IMG/VR virus record: IMGVR_UViG_3300030419_006105
Location: 32,001 to 96,000 of that record
Origin: a virus
Reading direction: 5' to 3' (one strand)
DNA: 64,000 bases
A model generated the notes under the pieces. That model saw only the letters and a list, made by a program, of their open reading frames with translations, searched no databases and was not told where the DNA came from. The position numbers were made by a program, and so were the translations under genes. Shown piece by piece: positions 10,714-20,065 of the stretch (its first letter is position 1; every line of letters begins with the position of its first letter).

Positions 10714-10719
10714 TAAATA
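10714..10719 (+). promoter_or_regulatory. T4-type late promoter core (TAAATA) upstream of phoH
   Basis: TAAATA 9 nt upstream of ATG 10729; gp55 encoded in window. Confidence 0.5.
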
Positions 10720-10728
10720 CTTAAAGTT

Positions 10729-11526
10729 ATGGCGAAACGAACTCGTGTTGCAGCTAATAGCTCAACTAAAAAGACATCGTTAACTGGACGTAAAGTTAGT
10801 AAGAAAACAAAGATTAGTAAAAATGAAATTACAGACAGTATACAAAAAAATACATTTCTTGATTATACAATACAACAAAAATATAATCTAACACCTACAC
10901 ATGATAACTTCTTAGAAGTTTGCTTTAAAGACGACTGCAAATTATCATTAATAGATGGACCTGCAGGGTCAGCAAAAACGTATCTATCTGTTTATATCGC
11001 TCTACAATTACTACGAACTCACAAAATAGAAGAAATAATATACATCCGAAGTGTTGTAGAATCTGCTTCTAAAAGTATGGGGTCTCTCCCAGGTGAAGTT
11101 GAAGATAAATTTTTACCATGGAGTTTACCATTACTAGAAAAACTAAATGAGTTACTCGATAAACCTACAATTACTAATTTAATGTCAGAAAGTTTTATTA
11201 AATGTATTCCTGTTAATTATACTAGAGGATTAACTTTTAAAAATGCATGTGTATTAATTGACGAAGCACAAAATTTAACTAAAGAAGAACTTACAACAAT
11301 ATTAACTAGATTTGGAAGTAATTCAAAATATATGGTTATTGGAGATTCCCGACAAAGCGATATTGGTAATAGATCTGGTTTTAAGGTAATATATGATGCG
11401 TTTGATACAAAAGAATCTATTGAACATGGTATGAATGTATTTAAATTTACAGAACTTGAAATTGTTAGATCTGAAATATTAAAATATATTGTAAAGGTTT
11501 TACAAAAATTAAAGGTGAAAAGTTAA
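10729..11526 (+). CDS. phoH: PhoH-family ATPase
   Basis: GPAGSAKT Walker A, GSLPG, RGLTF, IDEAQN, GDSRQSD, IVRS. Confidence 0.93.
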   Translation: MAKRTRVAANSSTKKTSLTGRKVSKKTKISKNEITDSIQKNTFLDYTIQQKYNLTPTHDNFLEVCFKDDCKLSLIDGPAGSAKTYLSVYIALQLLRTHKIEEIIYIRSVVESASKSMGSLPGEVEDKFLPWSLPLLEKLNELLDKPTITNLMSESFIKCIPVNYTRGLTFKNACVLIDEAQNLTKEELTTILTRFGSNSKYMVIGDSRQSDIGNRSGFKVIYDAFDTKESIEHGMNVFKFTELEIVRSEILKYIVKVLQKLKVKS

Positions 11527-11700
11527 TGCTTTGCGCATTCTTTCAAATAATGTCCTTTTATTTTGACCACTCTCAATTAATCTAGAATATTCTGCTTTAA
11601 AAGCTTCTATAAATTCTGGAGATAAATCAAACTTACGAGGATAAAACGATCTTACTCTTTTTATCATATATTTCTCGCATAATTTATCGTAATCAGTCAT
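11509..11700 (-). CDS. Small hypothetical late protein
   Basis: 63 aa ORF with TAAATA 7 nt upstream; N-terminus MTDYDKLCE. Confidence 0.6.
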   Translation of the reverse strand: MTDYDKLCEKYMIKRVRSFYPRKFDLSPEFIEAFKAEYSRLIESGQNKRTLFERMRKALTFHL

Positions 11701-12464
11701 CGATAATTATTTAATCGATTCTGCTGTTTATCTTTAGCTATTTTTTCTTGTAATTTCTTCTTTAATACAGAATCCTCTTCTGGGTCAACATCTTTCCATA
11801 CTTCTTCTAGTTTTTTAATTTCTTCTAAAGTTTCTTCATCTAAAATATTACCGGGAGCTGATGCTTCACCTGACGGATCAATATATAATTTTAATATTTC
11901 TATACGCTCTGTACGACTACCAAATACTTCAATAATAGCTGGTTTATCATCTACTATAAAAAACGTAGTTTTAGGGTTTTCTTCATGATCTCGATGAACA
12001 GCTTTAAAAATATTATCTATCTCTTCTATAGTTTGAGGATTAGTTTCTCTTAAATCATCTTCCTCTAAAGGAACAAGAGCTACCTTTGTAATAGGTGTAA
12101 AAAATATAATATCTAAATTTCGAAAACTTTCTCTTACCAGTGGAATACACTTTTTAATAAACTCATCGTCGATGTCATTATCTCGTTGCTCTGCTGCCCA
12201 TAAACTATACACCAAATTATCTAATGGGCATCGATCAAAAATAACATTCTGACCTCGCCTATATTTTTGTTGCTCCTCAATCATAAAATTGAGAATTTCC
12301 CATTGAGTTTTTTTATTAGTCTTAGAGGAATGATCTAAATCATTTTCTTTAATAATGTCCCTATACGTTTTTTTGGGTGTAACATAATTAGGCCATTGTC
12401 CTAGAAAGTCTTTAATTAAAGTAGTCTTTCCCTGACAAGCTGTACCACTAATTGCAATCCTCAT
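11697..12464 (-). CDS. P-loop nucleotide kinase-like protein (AAA_28/NadR-kinase-like)
   Basis: IAISGTACQGKTT Walker A, IFDRCPLD; TAAATA 6 nt upstream. Confidence 0.75.
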   Translation of the reverse strand: MRIAISGTACQGKTTLIKDFLGQWPNYVTPKKTYRDIIKENDLDHSSKTNKKTQWEILNFMIEEQQKYRRGQNVIFDRCPLDNLVYSLWAAEQRDNDIDDEFIKKCIPLVRESFRNLDIIFFTPITKVALVPLEEDDLRETNPQTIEEIDNIFKAVHRDHEENPKTTFFIVDDKPAIIEVFGSRTERIEILKLYIDPSGEASAPGNILDEETLEEIKKLEEVWKDVDPEEDSVLKKKLQEKIAKDKQQNRLNNYR

Positions 12465-12481
12465 ATATTATATTTATTAAG

Positions 12482-13243
12482 TTAAACTTTTAAAGCCATA
12501 TCCCATACAAGTAAATGCAATCTAGGACTAAATTTAAAATATTCTTGTTTAGCATACTCAGCTACTTCTTCAGCTATTTCAATATGCTCTTTTCTACTAC
12601 CTGCACAAGGCATTAACCAAACCCTTTCTCTTGGTATATTAAACTTCTCAACATACTTCTGTAAGACCTCTTCTAAATCTTCTTTCTTACTAATAACAAA
12701 CTTAAAACCTGACCCATTTGTTACATGCCATTTTAATACATCTGGTTTATATCGACGGTCTTCTGGATCACCATTATTACTAAGCTTAGGAGAAGTAGTA
12801 AAAGTTGCATCAACTCTTAACCATTCTGGATCTGGCATTATTGTTGCATTAGTTTCAAAATCTATCCGTGGTATAGTACCCCACTCTACATCTATATAAG
12901 CTAAAAATTTAAGTAATTTTGGTTGTTGTACAAGTGGTTCACCACCTGTTATCTTCCATATAGCACCATTATCTAAGTGTTTTTTATATCCTTCCTCTTC
13001 TAATAACGTTCTAAGTTCTTCAAAACTTAATTTATTTTTTACACTCCATGATATATAGCTATCACAACCATGAGGTGAATCTTCTGTTGCAAATCCTTGA
13101 CATGTAAGATTACACATAGATAATCTCATAAAAACAGACGGCCAACCAACATATTCACCTTCACCCTCTACCGTATAAAATACCTTATCGTCAGATAAAA
13201 ATATTTTTTCGTCTTTAAGCTCCTCCTTATAAAGATTTGTCAT
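12482..13243 (-). CDS. queE: 7-carboxy-7-deazaguanine synthase (radical SAM)
   Basis: FYTVEGEG, FMRLSMCNLTC-x11-CDS, TGGEP, ETNAT, SPKL, FSPRLH. Confidence 0.9.
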   Translation of the reverse strand: MTNLYKEELKDEKIFLSDDKVFYTVEGEGEYVGWPSVFMRLSMCNLTCQGFATEDSPHGCDSYISWSVKNKLSFEELRTLLEEEGYKKHLDNGAIWKITGGEPLVQQPKLLKFLAYIDVEWGTIPRIDFETNATIMPDPEWLRVDATFTTSPKLSNNGDPEDRRYKPDVLKWHVTNGSGFKFVISKKEDLEEVLQKYVEKFNIPRERVWLMPCAGSRKEHIEIAEEVAEYAKQEYFKFSPRLHLLVWDMALKV

Positions 13244-13376
13244 TTAAATATAAATCTTTTATATCTCGTGTCTCTGGTTTAACCTCTTTCTTCTTAGGTT
13301 TACCCCAATCAATACTATCCCAGTTATCATTAACTTGACAAGTATCTTCTTTTCGTCTTTTACTACCTTTACTCAT
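13227..13376 (-). CDS. Small 49 aa hypothetical protein
   Basis: Not in ORF track; MSKGSKRRKEDTCQVNDNWDSIDWGKPKKK...; ATG overlaps the queD stop (TAATG) and the ORF fills the gap to queE. Confidence 0.65.
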   Translation of the reverse strand: MSKGSKRRKEDTCQVNDNWDSIDWGKPKKKEVKPETRDIKDLYLNDKSL

Positions 13377-13861
13377 TAGTTTTGAACCCATTCGTATTGA
13401 GTATCTGATAAAGCTCTGGCATATTCAATATGATATATAGCAGAATTTTTCTCATGCTCAAAAACTTCTACCTTCTTACACCAACATCTATTATCAGTTG
13501 ATTCCTTTACATAATCATCAGCAGCTTTCCAGCAATATTGTGCAAATTTTTCAATACCAACTCCATCAGACATAATACGTAAATCAATTATACCTAATTC
13601 ATTTAATTCTTCAAATTTATTTAAATATGGATCGTTTGCATCAATAACCGTAGTATGATCAAATTGATTTTCTAATATTTTCTTTAAATGTTTCAAATCT
13701 CCAAAATCAACAACCCAATTATTTTCATCTAATTCTTTAGCTTCAAACCAAAATTTACCAACTAATCGATAACCATGTACAAACCGACAATGTGAATCTG
13801 CTTTTGGTTGTCTAAAGGCGCAGCTGCCTAATTCAATAATCTTTGTACTATTAAAAGACAT
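13376..13861 (-). CDS. queD: 6-carboxy-5,6,7,8-tetrahydropterin synthase
   Basis: SHCRFVHGY, VVDFG, QFDH, VFEHEKNSA. Confidence 0.88.
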   Translation of the reverse strand: MSFNSTKIIELGSCAFRQPKADSHCRFVHGYRLVGKFWFEAKELDENNWVVDFGDLKHLKKILENQFDHTTVIDANDPYLNKFEELNELGIIDLRIMSDGVGIEKFAQYCWKAADDYVKESTDNRCWCKKVEVFEHEKNSAIYHIEYARALSDTQYEWVQN

Positions 13862-13868
13862 AAGATCT

Positions 13869-13927
13869 ATTATACATTAATCTAAAATAAAATCAAGGGT
13901 TGAATTTAAAAAAAAATTTCATATAAT
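13869..13927. promoter_or_regulatory. Divergent pair of sigma70-like promoters for queD (-) and folE (+)
   Basis: Minus TTGATT-N16-TATAAT 7 nt before the queD ATG; plus TTGAAT-N16-TATAAT 6 nt before the folE ATG. Confidence 0.7.
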
Positions 13928-13933
13928 AAACTC

Positions 13934-14569
13934 ATGAGTGAATTACTGCAATATGCAAATGGTAACTTACCGCGAACTGAAGAAGAAAAAGAAATAATTA
14001 TTGATAAAGCCGCGGCTGCATATGAAAAATATATGGATGCTTTAGGGTTTGATTGGAGAAATGATCCTAATAGCGCTGATACCCCAAGACGTGTAGCAAA
14101 AGCTTTTGTTAATGACTTAGCAGAAGGTTGTTATAATGTACCTCCTAAAATTACAGCATTTGATAATGTTGATAAATATGATGGATTAGTTTTTCAAGGT
14201 AATATAAAAGTTAATTCTTTTTGCTCACATCACCATTTACCGTTTATCGGGCAAGCTCATGTATCTTACATACCTGGAAAAGACGGAAAAGTAATTGGTT
14301 TAAGTAAAATAAATCGAATTGTCGAATGGTTTTCGAGACGTCCGCAAGTACAAGAAAACTTAACTATGCAAATTCATAATTATATGAATGAAGTATGTAA
14401 AGATAATAAAGGAATTGCTGTTTTAGTATCAGCTAACCATACTTGTGCTGGTCTAAGAGGAGTAAAACATGATAGTATTATGAAAACTGCTAGAATGTCA
14501 GGAGCATTTTTAGATAAAACTGATTTAACCAGACAAGAGTTTTATGATTTTATAAGAGACTTAAAGTGA
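13934..14569 (+). CDS. folE: GTP cyclohydrolase I
   Basis: TPRRVAK, CSHHHLPFIG, GLSKINR, RRPQVQENLT, HTCAGLRGV. Confidence 0.95.
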   Translation: MSELLQYANGNLPRTEEEKEIIIDKAAAAYEKYMDALGFDWRNDPNSADTPRRVAKAFVNDLAEGCYNVPPKITAFDNVDKYDGLVFQGNIKVNSFCSHHHLPFIGQAHVSYIPGKDGKVIGLSKINRIVEWFSRRPQVQENLTMQIHNYMNEVCKDNKGIAVLVSANHTCAGLRGVKHDSIMKTARMSGAFLDKTDLTRQEFYDFIRDLK

Positions 14570-15784
14570 GTCAAAAATTTCTTTAATTTGTGCAGGGTCG
14601 ATATGCTCCGGTATATCGGCTTTTATTTTCTCAAAATTATCAAAATTATCTCTTATATTACTCGCACTATAAGGGGTACCATCTGCTTTTAATGTAACAT
14701 CAACAGCAGACTGTGCTGGATCAACTATATCAATTTCTAATCCTTCTTTTTCAGCCCATGGTTGTGCATGTGACCATCTTTTCCAATCATTATCTTTTCT
14801 ACTAGCACCTAACACAACTGTTGTACCTGGATCTAACGTCTTTAATGTCTCATATGCTGATGTAACGGGGGATGGGAACTGTGAGATACTAACAGTTACG
14901 TTATTAAGAGGTTGTGTATATAATTCAAATATTTGTTTTGCAGCATCTGGTGTAATCAATTTACCATCACTAGTTCTTCTTTCACTTTTAGCTGAAGGAG
15001 CTGAGATTAATACATGAACATGACCGTCAGGATACAATTGACTATACTCTTTAACCATTTCGTAATGGCCTTTATGAGGTGGTTTAAAACTACCAGGAAC
15101 AAGAACGACTACTCTACTGTTTTTTTTTACATCTTCAATAGCAGTATTAGCAGCAATAGAAAGTTTACTTTGTAAGTCTTGTAACTCAAAATTTTCTAAA
15201 ATAGAATCTATCTTAGAATCAAACCCTTCACTCAATCCATAATCAACTACAATTTTGCGTAAAATTTTTGCTATCTCTTTTGCGTTTTCAGGTTGTACAT
15301 CTTGTGTAATTGCTTCTCTTTCAGAATCTGATAAACTAACATTATCTAAATCTACAAACAATGACTTACGAGCAAGATTAACATAAAAAGTTTCACCTTC
15401 TGTAGTCATAGGATCTGGAGTTGGTTCTTCTTCTGGTTGTTGAGTGAAATCATCTTTACTTGCTGGCTCAAATTCACCACCTGTTTCAGGACCCTTTCTA
15501 GGTGTAAATTCATCATCTTCAGCTTCAAGTACTTTACCTTTAGGTTTATTACTTGACATAGCAACTTTAGCTAATTGCTTTCCAGCAGCCATAGTAGCCT
15601 TTTTTAATCCTTGCAAAAGCTTTTTCTGCACTGGAGTAGGTTTTTTAGTAGGATCTGTCTTACCAGCGATTTCAGCTGCTCTAGCTGCAGCTATTGCAGC
15701 TTGAGTACCAGCTTGTTTTTGTTGATATTTATTAGCACCGGCCTCACTTAATAGATTGTCTATTTTCGTGGTAAACTTACTCAT
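14561..15784 (-). CDS. HxGH (cytidylyltransferase/NMNAT-like) nucleotidyltransferase with long N-terminal extension
   Basis: VPGSFKPPHKGHY and YSASNIRD motifs; full TATAAATA late promoter 6 nt upstream. Confidence 0.75.
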   Translation of the reverse strand: MSKFTTKIDNLLSEAGANKYQQKQAGTQAAIAAARAAEIAGKTDPTKKPTPVQKKLLQGLKKATMAAGKQLAKVAMSSNKPKGKVLEAEDDEFTPRKGPETGGEFEPASKDDFTQQPEEEPTPDPMTTEGETFYVNLARKSLFVDLDNVSLSDSEREAITQDVQPENAKEIAKILRKIVVDYGLSEGFDSKIDSILENFELQDLQSKLSIAANTAIEDVKKNSRVVVLVPGSFKPPHKGHYEMVKEYSQLYPDGHVHVLISAPSAKSERRTSDGKLITPDAAKQIFELYTQPLNNVTVSISQFPSPVTSAYETLKTLDPGTTVVLGASRKDNDWKRWSHAQPWAEKEGLEIDIVDPAQSAVDVTLKADGTPYSASNIRDNFDNFEKIKADIPEHIDPAQIKEIFDSL

Positions 15785-15793
15785 TGTAATTAT

Positions 15794-16336
15794 TTATAGG
15801 AGAGAAAGTTTATTTCTTATGTCTTCGAAATATGTTTTGTCTAAAAATGTAAGCTCATATTTCTTACAAAAATAATGTAGTCTGTTAAAATAATAGTCTG
15901 TATTTTGTATCTTCTTAAGCTTGCGAAGTAATATTATGCTTAATTCTTCTTTATAACCATCACATTTGCATTTTTTCTTGAGTTCCTTAAGAGAATACAT
16001 TTCTCTTATTATTAATACTGGAAATTTTTTCTCAAAAGTCTGTAAAAACGACGAGTATTTCGTATTTAAATCAACATCAACATCAAAATATATAACAGGT
16101 TTATTCTTTTTATTATGAGCTTTAAGAACCTCGCATGTATAATGTATAAAATAATGAAAAATATATTTTTTATGTAGAGAATTGTTAAATTTAAGCTCAG
16201 GAGAAAATTCAGAAATTTTATCTATAGAAATATTATGAATATAATTAATTACTGGAGTAAAATTTACTAAATTAAAATAGGAACCAGGTATTCTATAACT
16301 TAATCCCGGTATTTTCGTTAATTCTTCTAAGTGCAT
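15794..16336 (-). CDS. Hypothetical protein
   Basis: 180 aa ORF in a co-directional run; start uncertain. Confidence 0.55.
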   Translation of the reverse strand: MHLEELTKIPGLSYRIPGSYFNLVNFTPVINYIHNISIDKISEFSPELKFNNSLHKKYIFHYFIHYTCEVLKAHNKKNKPVIYFDVDVDLNTKYSSFLQTFEKKFPVLIIREMYSLKELKKKCKCDGYKEELSIILLRKLKKIQNTDYYFNRLHYFCKKYELTFLDKTYFEDIRNKLSLL

Positions 16337-16796
16337 CTGCGTTATTCTGCCAAAACTCTGTATAATTAGTTATAATATATTTGTTAGCATAACGCAAGTA
16401 ATTTTTAAATCGGAAATAATGTGACATTGTAGTTGGAAATAAAATAAAACTACCCCTCCTTGTCACTTTGATAACAAGAAACCAACAACTACCACTCTCT
16501 GCTTGCTTGATCCATTTATTAAGAGTTTTATTATCGGTAAACAATTGATGAAAATCAAATGATTTATAACTTTTACACTCGATTTTAAATTTCGATAAAC
16601 ACGGTGGTACCATGATATCTCCATCCATCATCCGTTTTTGATCTTCCGTTAGTTTATCAAGTCTGTGAAGATTAGCGCCTCCAGTATAGGCTCCGGAATT
16701 TGGAACTCTAATAAAATTTTCATTAAACGTTTCACTTAAATCTTTTGCAACTTCGCGTTCCCAAGCGTTACCTTTTTGTTTCGCTGCGCTAGGCAT
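16293..16796 (-). CDS. PD-(D/E)xK nuclease, Holliday junction resolvase-like (Hjc type)
   Basis: KQKGNAWERE...SGA...GDI...IECK. Confidence 0.7.
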   Translation of the reverse strand: MPSAAKQKGNAWEREVAKDLSETFNENFIRVPNSGAYTGGANLHRLDKLTEDQKRMMDGDIMVPPCLSKFKIECKSYKSFDFHQLFTDNKTLNKWIKQAESGSCWFLVIKVTRRGSFILFPTTMSHYFRFKNYLRYANKYIITNYTEFWQNNADALRRINENTGIKL

Positions 16797-16809
16797 ATAT
16801 ATTTACTTA

Positions 16810-17736
16810 TCACTTAACCAGATCTTGCAAGTTAATAGCTTGCTTAACTGCATCTTTCGGAATTTGAGCTGTCCAATAATTACCTTCATCAGCAGGTTGT
16901 AATTCAGGTAATTTATCTCTATCTAATATAAGTAAATAACCTCTACCGGTTTCTTTATATACATGAAATGCAAATCTACCAGCTAATTGAATATCATCCG
17001 AAACATACGAACCAGTAATACCTTTGCGCGTATTACCAGCTCCACGTGAAACAACAAAACCATGTTTAATTAAATTTTTGTATTCCGCAGAAGAAATCCC
17101 GCGATAGACTTCGCTAGGGTCGTTTTGTAGTTTAGCAATTTTAGCAACGATATTTTCGTGTTCTTCTCCTTCTGGTGGGAATAAAAGGTAGTCATATATA
17201 CTTTTTTCGTTAATTGTAAAATTTTTAATAATACCATGATATTCAAATGTACTATCATCATCAATTACATTTTCGTCATTATGTAATTTGTTTAAATTTA
17301 AATTATTAATAGGGATAGATAAAATAACAATTTGATCTAACCAAGAATCCGGAACTACATCGTTTGTTTCTGCGTAACTATAAGCAACGTCAGGATCTTT
17401 AGCTAGATAAACTACCCCAGGCTTACTATCTTCCCAATTAGTCTGGGCTCCAGATCCTCCTAAACCATTTTTTTGTATACTCTTTAATAACGGTTTATAC
17501 GTTGCGTGATATAAAATGTCATTACTTTCGTTTAGTTTTTTTTTACGCTTTTTAGTTTTAACTTTACCTTGTCGCTTTATTGTAACACCTAAAACCTTAG
17601 GTATTCTATTATCTCCTGGTGCATAAGTATCAGTAGCTTCATAATCTCCTCCACCTTGTCCTCCACCAGCAGCCATTCCTGCAGAAGCTGTAGTATTATC
17701 CGTTAAATACTGTTTAACTGCTTCATCGAATTTCAT
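16810..17736 (-). CDS. Protein with two tandem ADP-ribosyltransferase-fold-like domains
   Basis: Domain 1 LYHAT..IQKNGL..VYLA..FE; domain 2 VYRG..LIKHGF..SYVSDD..A; TAAATA 6 nt upstream. Confidence 0.55.
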   Translation of the reverse strand: MKFDEAVKQYLTDNTTASAGMAAGGGQGGGDYEATDTYAPGDNRIPKVLGVTIKRQGKVKTKKRKKKLNESNDILYHATYKPLLKSIQKNGLGGSGAQTNWEDSKPGVVYLAKDPDVAYSYAETNDVVPDSWLDQIVILSIPINNLNLNKLHNDENVIDDDSTFEYHGIIKNFTINEKSIYDYLLFPPEGEEHENIVAKIAKLQNDPSEVYRGISSAEYKNLIKHGFVVSRGAGNTRKGITGSYVSDDIQLAGRFAFHVYKETGRGYLLILDRDKLPELQPADEGNYWTAQIPKDAVKQAINLQDLVK

Positions 17737-17800
17737 TATAATTATTTATCTCTATCTTTACAATTAGTTGCACTTACGAGGATATAACTATAATAAATAT

Positions 17801-18205
17801 ATGGATGTTAGTGAGATTATTAATCAATATCTTGAAGAAGCTAATATAGATACAGATTTAGATCGATTAGAAGTTGTTACTACTCAGGAAAGATTAGTAA
17901 ATAATAAACATAAATGGTCAGCTCGATTAATAAATCATAAAATTAATTTAAATAATTTTAAGTTAAAGAGAACTTCTATTCTTGAGGAAAAAATTACCGA
18001 ATTTCAAAATACAGAACCCGTAAAAGTTAATAGATCAATAGCAGAAAAAGCTGTTCAAAATAAAAAAGAAATTAGAGTTTTAGATTTAAAAATTAAAAAT
18101 GAACAACTAATTATTGACTACCTAGAAAACATCTACAAAAATATAAGTTTCGCTACTAATGATATTAAAAATTTAGTAGAACTTATGAAGCTTGAAACAC
18201 AATGA
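17801..18205 (+). CDS. uvsY: UvsY-like recombination mediator
   Basis: Helical ~134 aa protein ending DIKNLVELMKLE directly upstream of uvsW; ATG 17801 preferred over TTG 17768. Confidence 0.7.
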   Translation: MDVSEIINQYLEEANIDTDLDRLEVVTTQERLVNNKHKWSARLINHKINLNNFKLKRTSILEEKITEFQNTEPVKVNRSIAEKAVQNKKEIRVLDLKIKNEQLIIDYLENIYKNISFATNDIKNLVELMKLETQ

Positions 18206-19641
18206 TTAATATTAAATTTAATTCTTCTTCTCATGCTGTTATTGACGGACCTGAGCTTGATATTATACGTGAACATTTTAGCGTAAAAAATGACGCTGTA
18301 CATTTTCAGCGTCGTTACGGAAGATTTGTTCCTCCAAGAACATATGTTATCACTAATCAAGGGAAAGTAGAAATAGGTCTAATAGAAGAAATAATAAAAT
18401 TTTGTTTACAAAAACAGATAAAATTTGAATTACAAAAAGAAATAAAAGAAATACTTTATCCATCTTTATCTAAAAAACATACAACACCATATGATTTAAA
18501 ATTAAAATTAAGAGACTATCAACAAGAAATAATTGAAAAATGTATTAATGCTGGACGTGGTACAGTAGTCTTAGCAACCGCTGGAGGTAAAACTCTTACT
18601 ATGGCTAGTCTTTTAGAATTTTATTACAAAAATTATAGTAAAAATTTTAAATGTTTAATTATTGTTCCTGATTTAGGTCTAGTAAATCAAACAAATGGAG
18701 ATTTTAAAGAATATGGTACATCGTTTACAACATCAAAATGGACAGGTAAAAACGAATTAGATTTATCTTCTAATGTTGTGGTAGCGAATTTAGGTATTTT
18801 ACAAAGTTCAAAACAATCTATAGATTGGATTAAACATATAGATCTTCTTATTATTGACGAAGTACATAAATTAAGAAGAGGAAATAAAGTAAATAAAATT
18901 TTAAAAAACGTAAACACTAATAATCGATTTGGATTCACTGGGACATTACCACCAGATAATTTAGATAAATGGAATATTTTTGGTAAAATAGGTCCTCAGT
19001 TGTTTGAAAAAAAAGCTCATGAGCTAAGAAAGGATAATTATGTAGCACCAGCTAAAGTTCATGTATTAGAATTAAATTATAACACTCCATGTGAGCAAAT
19101 ATATCATGGAAACAATAGTAATGCTTATTATCTACAGGAAAATGAATTTATACGTAGTAGTGAATATAGAAATAATTTAATTGCTAAATTATGCAATAAG
19201 CTTGACAATAACGGATTAATATTAGTCGACTATATTGAACATGGAGAACTTTTGTTAGAAGCTCTCCAAGGAATTTGCAAGTATAAAGATGTATATTTTA
19301 TACAAGGTAGTGTAGATACAGATCAACGTAAAGATATACAAGACTATATGGAGGCACAAAAGAATGTAGTTGTAATTGCTATTTCAAAAATATTTTCTAC
19401 AGGTATTAATATTAAGAATTTACACTACATTATATTTGGTGGTGGTGGAAAAGCTAAAATAAAAATAATACAGAGCATAGGTCGAGGCCTACGCTTGCAT
19501 ATTGATAAAGAAGAGCTTATAATCTTTGATATAGCTGATAACTTACGATATGGTCAACGTCATGTAGAACAAAGATTATCATTATATGACAGTGAACATA
19601 TAGAATATACATTTACACAATTTAATGAAACAAAAAAATAA
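18202..19641 (+). CDS. uvsW: UvsW-like SF2 DNA helicase
   Basis: LRDYQ, ATAGGKT, IIDEVH, GFTGT, QSIGRGLR. Confidence 0.92.
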   Translation: MINIKFNSSSHAVIDGPELDIIREHFSVKNDAVHFQRRYGRFVPPRTYVITNQGKVEIGLIEEIIKFCLQKQIKFELQKEIKEILYPSLSKKHTTPYDLKLKLRDYQQEIIEKCINAGRGTVVLATAGGKTLTMASLLEFYYKNYSKNFKCLIIVPDLGLVNQTNGDFKEYGTSFTTSKWTGKNELDLSSNVVVANLGILQSSKQSIDWIKHIDLLIIDEVHKLRRGNKVNKILKNVNTNNRFGFTGTLPPDNLDKWNIFGKIGPQLFEKKAHELRKDNYVAPAKVHVLELNYNTPCEQIYHGNNSNAYYLQENEFIRSSEYRNNLIAKLCNKLDNNGLILVDYIEHGELLLEALQGICKYKDVYFIQGSVDTDQRKDIQDYMEAQKNVVVIAISKIFSTGINIKNLHYIIFGGGGKAKIKIIQSIGRGLRLHIDKEELIIFDIADNLRYGQRHVEQRLSLYDSEHIEYTFTQFNETKK

Positions 19642-20065
19642 AAAGAAAAACAAAAAGACTTATTATGTTAGTCCAAAAGAGTTTTTACAACTATTAAAAA
19701 ATTATTATGAAACAGATGATTTAGTAGATGAACTAGCAGAAGCTACATATAAAATTGCTGTTGGTTTAAGTTATTCACCTAATTTCATAAATTATAGCTA
19801 CAAAGATGAAATGATTGGTGATGCTATAGTAAAAATGATAGCAGCTGTTAAAAATAAAAAATTTAATCTTGAATCTACATCGAATCCGTTTTCTTATTTT
19901 ACTACAATTGCATATCACGCTTTTATTAATAGAATAAAAAAAGAAAAAAAGTATAGAGAAACTATTAATTCTTACCAAGAGCAATTATATAGCGATTTAG
20001 ATATAACCGATAGTACTCCAAGTAAAGCTCCTCAAAAGGATTACGATAAAGAATTATACACATAA
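19625..20065 (+). CDS. gp55: Late-transcription sigma factor (gp55-like)
   Basis: YYVSPKEF, NFINYSYKDEMIGDA, NPFSYFTTIAYHAFINRIKKEKK. Confidence 0.9.
   Translation: MKQKNKKKNKKTYYVSPKEFLQLLKNYYETDDLVDELAEATYKIAVGLSYSPNFINYSYKDEMIGDAIVKMIAAVKNKKFNLESTSNPFSYFTTIAYHAFINRIKKEKKYRETINSYQEQLYSDLDITDSTPSKAPQKDYDKELYT

Noticed and set aside
17768-17800. TTG start for uvsY
   Set aside because: The TTG appears to be part of a promoter-like element (TTGCAC...TATAAT/TAAATA); ATG 17801 preferred.
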